From Bifidobacteriaceae bacterium (lineage in GTDB: Bacteria > Actinomycetota > Actinomycetes > Actinomycetales > WQXJ01), in the NCBI GenBank assembly GCA_031268215.1, contig JAIRXP010000051.1, positions 43,992-107,991 on the forward strand: DNA of 64,000 nucleotides, written 5' to 3'. Each line of letters begins with the position of its first letter. Positions within the stretch are counted from its first letter, which is position 1. The notes below the pieces were generated by a model. The model worked only from the letters and a program-made list of their open reading frames with translations, was not told the origin of the DNA and did no database searches. Position numbers and translations under genes: made by a program. This document shows positions 59,140 to 64,000 of this stretch, piece by piece.

Positions 59140-59404
59140 TCCTCCTCGTTGGGCTGGTGGCGTGGAGTGAGGAGCTTAAGCGTGCAACTAACTCCTCGCT
59201 GGTGCCATTACCAATCCGTCTTAGTCGCCCGTTCTGGGGCACCGGAAACGCTATCATTCAACCGGCGCGTAGGCAATTCGTCCGGGCGTATAACACGCTT
59301 TACGTGCTAGGGGCTTGTTGATCGTTCACATATTTCGAGCAGCAAATTTGATCGATTGGCACAGGCTCGCCTGACCGCGAAGGACCGGTGGCGAAGCGCC
59401 ACGA

Positions 59405-60634
59405 TCAGTTCCGCGGAGGTGGCGCGTACCGTTCTGGAGGATAGGTTTCGTAAACGTAGTCAATGTCTTTGTCGCCCCGGCCGGATAGGTTGACCAGGAT
59501 CGACTGATAGGGGCGCTGAGCAGCCAGTTCGGTCGCATAAGCGACCGCGTGGGCGGACTCGAGCGCGGGAATGATCCCCTCCAATCGGGACAACTGGTAG
59601 AAAGCCCGGATCGCCGAATCGTCGGTAGCGCCCACGGCGTGGGTGCGGCGAAGGGTCTTGTTCAAGAAGGCGTGCTCCGGCCCCACTGACGGATAGTCGA
59701 GGCCGGACGCCACCGAGTGGACCGAAGCGGGTGAGCCGTCCGGGTTCTCCAGCAGTACCGACCGGAAGCCGTGGAGGCTGCCGTCATGGCCATAAGTGAG
59801 CGAGGCGGCATGCTCTCCCAAGGACGAGCCGGTGCCTAACGGCTCCACCCCCCACAGGTCGGTCGGGTCGTCTATGAAAGCGGAGAAGATGCCCATCGCA
59901 TTGGACCCCCCACCCACGCAAGCGACCACATGATCCGGCAGCCAGCCGGTCATGGCTTGGAACTGTTCACGGGCTTCGATACCAACCACGGCCTGGAAGT
60001 CCCGCACCATCATGGGGAAGGGATGCGGGCCGACAACCGACCCGATGCAGTAGATAGTGCTCACTGGATCTTCCAGGTAGGCGCCAAAGGCGCTGTCCAC
60101 GGCCTCCTTGAGGGTCCGTTGGCCAGCGCCAACCGGCACCACCTTGGCCCCCAACACCCGCATTCGGATGACATTGGGGTGTTCTTTAGCGATGTCCACT
60201 TCACCCATGTGGATCTCGCATTCCAGACCAAAGTAGGCGGCGGCGGTGGCCAGCGCCACGCCATGCTGGCCGGCTCCCGTCTCCGCGATCAGCTTCTTCT
60301 TGCCCAGGTAAGAAGCCAGGAGGGCTTCGCCCATGCAATGGTTGAGCTTGTGGGCACCGGTGTGGTTGAGGTCCTCACGCTTGAAGTAGATGCGTGCGCC
60401 GCCTACGGCATCGGTCAGGCGCTTGGCGTAATAGACCGGAGTGGGTCGGCCCTGGAAGTGTTCGCGGATGTCTCGCAGCTTCATGATGAAATCATGGCTG
60501 TTGCCGATTGTCTGGTACGCCTCATGGATTTTCTCCATTTCTTGAGCCAGTTCGGGCGGCACGTCAGCGCCGCCGTAGGGACCAAAGAAACCCTTATCAT
60601 CAGGGTATTCGCGCAGGTAGGGCTTGGATCGCAT
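59405..60634 (-). CDS. trpB: tryptophan synthase beta chain (stand-alone, no adjacent trpA)
   Basis: 409 aa. PLP-lysine motif [38 protein letters not shown]. Confidence 0.88.
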   Translation of the reverse strand: MRSKPYLREYPDDKGFFGPYGGADVPPELAQEMEKIHEAYQTIGNSHDFIMKLRDIREHFQGRPTPVYYAKRLTDAVGGARIYFKREDLNHTGAHKLNHCMGEALLASYLGKKKLIAETGAGQHGVALATAAAYFGLECEIHMGEVDIAKEHPNVIRMRVLGAKVVPVGAGQRTLKEAVDSAFGAYLEDPVSTIYCIGSVVGPHPFPMMVRDFQAVVGIEAREQFQAMTGWLPDHVVACVGGGSNAMGIFSAFIDDPTDLWGVEPLGTGSSLGEHAASLTYGHDGSLHGFRSVLLENPDGSPASVHSVASGLDYPSVGPEHAFLNKTLRRTHAVGATDDSAIRAFYQLSRLEGIIPALESAHAVAYATELAAQRPYQSILVNLSGRGDKDIDYVYETYPPERYAPPPRN

Positions 60635-60673
60635 GGCAGGGCCTTTCTGTTGGGCGGCTAGGGCTCGTGGGGG

Positions 60674-61237
60674 TTATTCGTCTTCGAATCGGCCGGAAGC
60701 TTCCTCGGCCGCGCGGCCTTCCTCGGAGTCCGGGCTGACGGCCTCAAAGTCACGGTTAAGTAGCTGCTCGTTGACCTGGAGTTGGCGGCGCTTGACGTGG
60801 GCTACGTCGTCGAGTGCCACATCGGATTGTTGGGCGGCCGTCTGGACTTGCAGGGTCCCCGCACCGAGCAGGCGCTCAATCAGGGTCTGCTCGTAGGAGA
60901 CAGCGTGGACACGGTCCATTGGGATGTCCCGGCCGGTTCGTTTGAACACACCTTCACGGGAGATCAGCCGGTAGTTGGTTAACGTGTCCGTGCGGCAGGC
61001 CCAGCGGATGAACGGCGCCACCGTCCAGATCACTATCGCGGCCGCGGCCAGTACTAAGACCGCCCAGCGGAGCCAATCCCAGCCAGACTGATCCGGGATG
61101 ACTTTGAACCAAAAGACAAGCCAGCAGATGGCGGAAACGGCGAATACGAGCACCGGGGCGATCAGGACTATCCAATGGGCGCGGGCGTGGAAGATGACAT
61201 ATTCGCCGGAGGCGAGTTCGGACTTATTGAATCCCAT
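60674..61237 (-). CDS. membrane protein with a bacterial PH (bPH_2/YdbT-like) domain
   Basis: 187 aa. GEYVIFHARAHW, two TM helices, then YRLISREGVFKRTGRDIPMDRV. Confidence 0.7.
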   Translation of the reverse strand: MGFNKSELASGEYVIFHARAHWIVLIAPVLVFAVSAICWLVFWFKVIPDQSGWDWLRWAVLVLAAAAIVIWTVAPFIRWACRTDTLTNYRLISREGVFKRTGRDIPMDRVHAVSYEQTLIERLLGAGTLQVQTAAQQSDVALDDVAHVKRRQLQVNEQLLNRDFEAVSPDSEEGRAAEEASGRFEDE

Positions 61238-61273
61238 GGGCTCCAGTCTGTCGTAGTGCGGCAGAATAGGCCA

Positions 61274-62467
61274 GTGCGTCAGCGATCAATCACCGTGTTG
61301 GGGGCCACCGGGTCCATCGGCCGTCAAGCGGCCAAGGTCATCAGCGGCCACCCCCAGGCCCTCCGAGTCGAGGCGCTCGCCGCCGGCGGCTCCCGGCCGG
61401 CCAGGCTGGCCCGCCAGATTGTCGAGTTTCGGCCGGCGCATGTGGGCCTGCCCACTCAAGAGGCTTTAGCCCAGGTCAAACAGGAGCTGGCTGCTCTGGG
61501 TGAGTCTTGGCCAACGGACTGCCGGGCAGTTACCGGTCCGGCGGCATCGGCGGAAATAGCGGCCCTGGGTAGCGATGTAGTGCTTAACGGCATCACCGGG
61601 GCGGTGGGGCTGGAACCTACCTTGACGGCCCTCGCGGCCGGCTCGGTGCTGGCGTTGGCCAACAAGGAATCCCTGGTAATTGGCGGTGCCTTGGTCAAGG
61701 ACGCGGTCCAACGTGAGGGACAGATCGTGCCAGTCGACTCGGAGCATTCGGCGATTGCCCAGTGCCTGCGTTCCGGGCGGCCGGCCGAGGTAGAGCGCCT
61801 AATCTTGACCGCCTCCGGCGGGCCCTTCCGGGGTCGCGGCCGAGCCGAGCTAGCGTCCGTCACGCCTAGCCAGGCCCTGGCGCATCCCACCTGGGACATG
61901 GGCCCAATCGTCACCATCAACTCCTCGACCCTCATCAACAAGGCCCTTGAACTGATCGAAGCCCATCTGTTGTTTGACATACCGCCGGAACGCATTGACG
62001 TGGTGATTCACCCGCAGTCGATCATTCACTCGATGGTGGCGTTCCGCGATGGAGCCATAATCGCCCAAGCGTCACCGCCGGACATGCGCCTGCCAATCGC
62101 CCTTGCCCTGGCCTGGCCGGATCGTCTGGGCGAGGTGATCAACCCGGTCGACTTCGCTGATCCCTCGGCTTGGACCTTTGAACCAGTGGACAACGCCACC
62201 TTCCCAGCCCTGGACTTGGCCCGGCGGGCGCTCGCCGCCTCGCCGCTGCATCCGGCCGTCCTCAACGGCGCCAATGAGATCTGCGTGGAGGCTTTCCTCA
62301 ATGGCACAATTGGGTACCTCGACATTGTCGATACCGTCTCCCAGGTGGTTGGCCGGTTCGGGTCCACGATCCTGGCAGGCACTAGCCCTACTCTTGAGCA
62401 AGTGATGGAAGCTGACAACTGGGCGCGGTCTGAAGCCGCCAGGATCGTGAAGGGAAGCTGTGCATGA
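61274..62467 (+). CDS. dxr: 1-deoxy-D-xylulose-5-phosphate reductoisomerase
   Basis: GTG 61274 (VRQRSITVLGATGSIG), or GTG 61259; track start 61175 overlaps the divergent gene. Motifs: LANKESLV, PVDSEHSA, NKALELIEA. Confidence 0.92.
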   Translation: MRQRSITVLGATGSIGRQAAKVISGHPQALRVEALAAGGSRPARLARQIVEFRPAHVGLPTQEALAQVKQELAALGESWPTDCRAVTGPAASAEIAALGSDVVLNGITGAVGLEPTLTALAAGSVLALANKESLVIGGALVKDAVQREGQIVPVDSEHSAIAQCLRSGRPAEVERLILTASGGPFRGRGRAELASVTPSQALAHPTWDMGPIVTINSSTLINKALELIEAHLLFDIPPERIDVVIHPQSIIHSMVAFRDGAIIAQASPPDMRLPIALALAWPDRLGEVINPVDFADPSAWTFEPVDNATFPALDLARRALAASPLHPAVLNGANEICVEAFLNGTIGYLDIVDTVSQVVGRFGSTILAGTSPTLEQVMEADNWARSEAARIVKGSCA

Positions 62468-63948
62468 CGGTTTGGTTTGTTGTTGGGGTGATCGTTTTTA
62501 TTGTCATCCTGCTTGTCTCCGTGGCTTGGCATGAGCTGGGCCACCTCATTCCGGCCAAGCTGTTCAAAGTGCCTGTCTCGCAGTACATGGTCGGTTTTGG
62601 GCCGACTTTGTGGTCCAAGAAAATCGGCGAGACGGAATATGGCATCAAGTGGATTCTGCTAGGTGGCTACATCCGTATGATCGGCATGTATTCGCCGATT
62701 CGGTCGCGCCGGGCCGCCAAGACCGGTTGGCGTGCCCGCTTGGCCGATGAAGCTCGCGGCCTCACGAGGGAAGAGCTGGCCGAGTTCGCCGAGAAGCGGC
62801 AAGCCCTAGAGACGGCGGGAGCGGCCAACGCGCCCGAGGAAGCGGACGGGACCGTCGGGTTGGAGGCAGCGGAGGACGCCGATGCCGCCGCGCGGGCCGA
62901 GGACGCCACGGAAGTCGATGACGTCACCGAAGTCGAGGAAGCCACGGAGGACGGGGCGGACCAGACGACCGCCCCACAGGCGGCTGACGATGTCTCTGCG
63001 CGGGCCTTTTATAAGCTGTCCGCTCCGCGCAAGCTCGTGGTGATGCTGGGTGGGCCCACGATGAACCTGATTCTGGCCCTGATTCTGCTGGTCTTGTCCT
63101 TGTCTGTTGTCGGCGTCTATGAACCTTCCACAACTATCGCCACGGTCAACCGATGTGTCACCGAGGCCGGGCAAAGTGCGCCGGATTGTGAACCCGGAAC
63201 CCTCATGACACCAGCGGCGGCGGCCGGGCTGAAGGCTGGCGACAAGATAGTGGGCTGGGACGGTAAGAAAGTGCGCGATTGGAGCCAGTTCCTGTCCCTG
63301 GTGGCGAACGCCGAGTCGAAACCAACGACTATCACCGTGGAGCGTGACGGCGAGCGACTCGAATTGGATATCACACCAATGGTGATAGGGGAGGGAACCC
63401 CCAACGCCCGGTCGCTCATTGGCGTCACCGCCGGTTTGCTTGAGCTGACCAAGAAGCCGCCCACTGACGCTCCGGTTGTGCTGTGGGAACAGGTGACCGC
63501 CTCAGCGAAGCTGTACGCGTCCTTGCCGGTGTCAGTCTGGAACACTGCGGTTGACCTGATTGAAGGCAATGAGCGTAGCCCGGATTCGCCGGCCTCGATT
63601 ATTGGCATAGCTCGGCTCTCCGGCGAGGTAGGTCAGATCGAGATAGAAGACCAGGGAGTAGATGAATCGAGAGTCCGATGGAGCACCTGGCTGGGATTGG
63701 GGGCATCCGTGAACATTGCCCTGTGGCTGTTCAACCTGTTGCCATTACTGCCGTTGGACGGCGGCCACGTGGTCAACGCCCTGTTTGAGGGCATCCGGCG
63801 GACGGTGGCGCGGCTGCGCGGCCGTCCCGATCCGGGCCCAGCTGATTCGGCCCGCTTAATGCCGCTGACCTACGCGGTTGTGGGGCTACTAATTCTGATG
63901 ACGCTCATTCTGGTGGTCGCGGACGTGGTTAATCCGTTCCAGCTTTGA
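62464..63948 (+). CDS. site-2 (RIP) zinc metalloprotease, RseP/Rip1-like, with a PDZ domain and an acidic insertion
   Basis: 494 aa. HELGH, PDZ region GLKAGDKIVGWDG, NLLPLLPLDGGH. ATGA overlap with dxr. The dxr-rip1 synteny matches that in mycobacteria. Confidence 0.9.
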   Translation: MTVWFVVGVIVFIVILLVSVAWHELGHLIPAKLFKVPVSQYMVGFGPTLWSKKIGETEYGIKWILLGGYIRMIGMYSPIRSRRAAKTGWRARLADEARGLTREELAEFAEKRQALETAGAANAPEEADGTVGLEAAEDADAAARAEDATEVDDVTEVEEATEDGADQTTAPQAADDVSARAFYKLSAPRKLVVMLGGPTMNLILALILLVLSLSVVGVYEPSTTIATVNRCVTEAGQSAPDCEPGTLMTPAAAAGLKAGDKIVGWDGKKVRDWSQFLSLVANAESKPTTITVERDGERLELDITPMVIGEGTPNARSLIGVTAGLLELTKKPPTDAPVVLWEQVTASAKLYASLPVSVWNTAVDLIEGNERSPDSPASIIGIARLSGEVGQIEIEDQGVDESRVRWSTWLGLGASVNIALWLFNLLPLLPLDGGHVVNALFEGIRRTVARLRGRPDPGPADSARLMPLTYAVVGLLILMTLILVVADVVNPFQL

Positions 63949-64000
63949 CGTTTAGGAGTAGGGCGCGGATCGCCGGCCGGGCTGGCATACTGGCATGGTG

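Overview
High-GC actinobacterial chromosomal segment, densely coding on both strands. By eye I found no rRNA, tRNA, CRISPR array, transposase or integrase. All calls come from reading the supplied ORF translations and the raw sequence; no searches or computations were run, and family names are from memory. The backbone is housekeeping: hisD-hisC-hisB-orf-hisH-hisA(priA); infC-rpmI-rplT plus a TrmH-type methyltransferase; glyA-folD; a NatAB-like ABC pair; xthA; trpS; a mannose-1-P guanylyltransferase; an M20 amidohydrolase; mshA; a VIT/CCC1 transporter; gdhA; a 2-oxoacid dehydrogenase E1alpha/E1beta/E2 operon; an acyl-CoA carboxylase alpha subunit; maf; greA; rplM-rpsI-glmM; dedA; a Zn-ADH; capA; and dxr plus a site-2 protease. 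The mshA gene and the synteny suggest a mycothiol-producing Actinomycetales or Micrococcales-like organism. Five accessory regions stand out. (1) 14149-15998 (minus strand): three coupled genes ending in a WXG/LXG-like protein with a glycine-zipper C-terminus, a putative type VII-secreted membrane toxin. It is followed by about 540 bp with no credible ORF, where an immunity gene would be expected. (2) 37391-42322: two tandem, diverged paralogous LPXTG surface proteins (VWA, DUF11-like and MucBP-like domains) whose upstream motifs and terminator hairpins were duplicated with them. (3) 54041-60634: an AvrD-like protein coupled to a P-loop ATPase and a MacB/FtsX-type ABC exporter, next to an orphan trpB. 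(4) 6117-9375: a four-gene coupled operon with a secreted protein of atypical composition, an ABC ATPase and two unusual membrane proteins. (5) 50500-51851: a lipoprotein gene frameshifted at a G7 tract. Regulatory candidates include a conditional terminator with a ZTP(pfl)-like 3' element in the glyA-folD leader, a non-AUG (ATC) infC start behind a long leader, and several GC-rich terminator hairpins. IF-3 also carries an unusual extension of about 210 aa rich in Ala, Pro, Lys and Glu.
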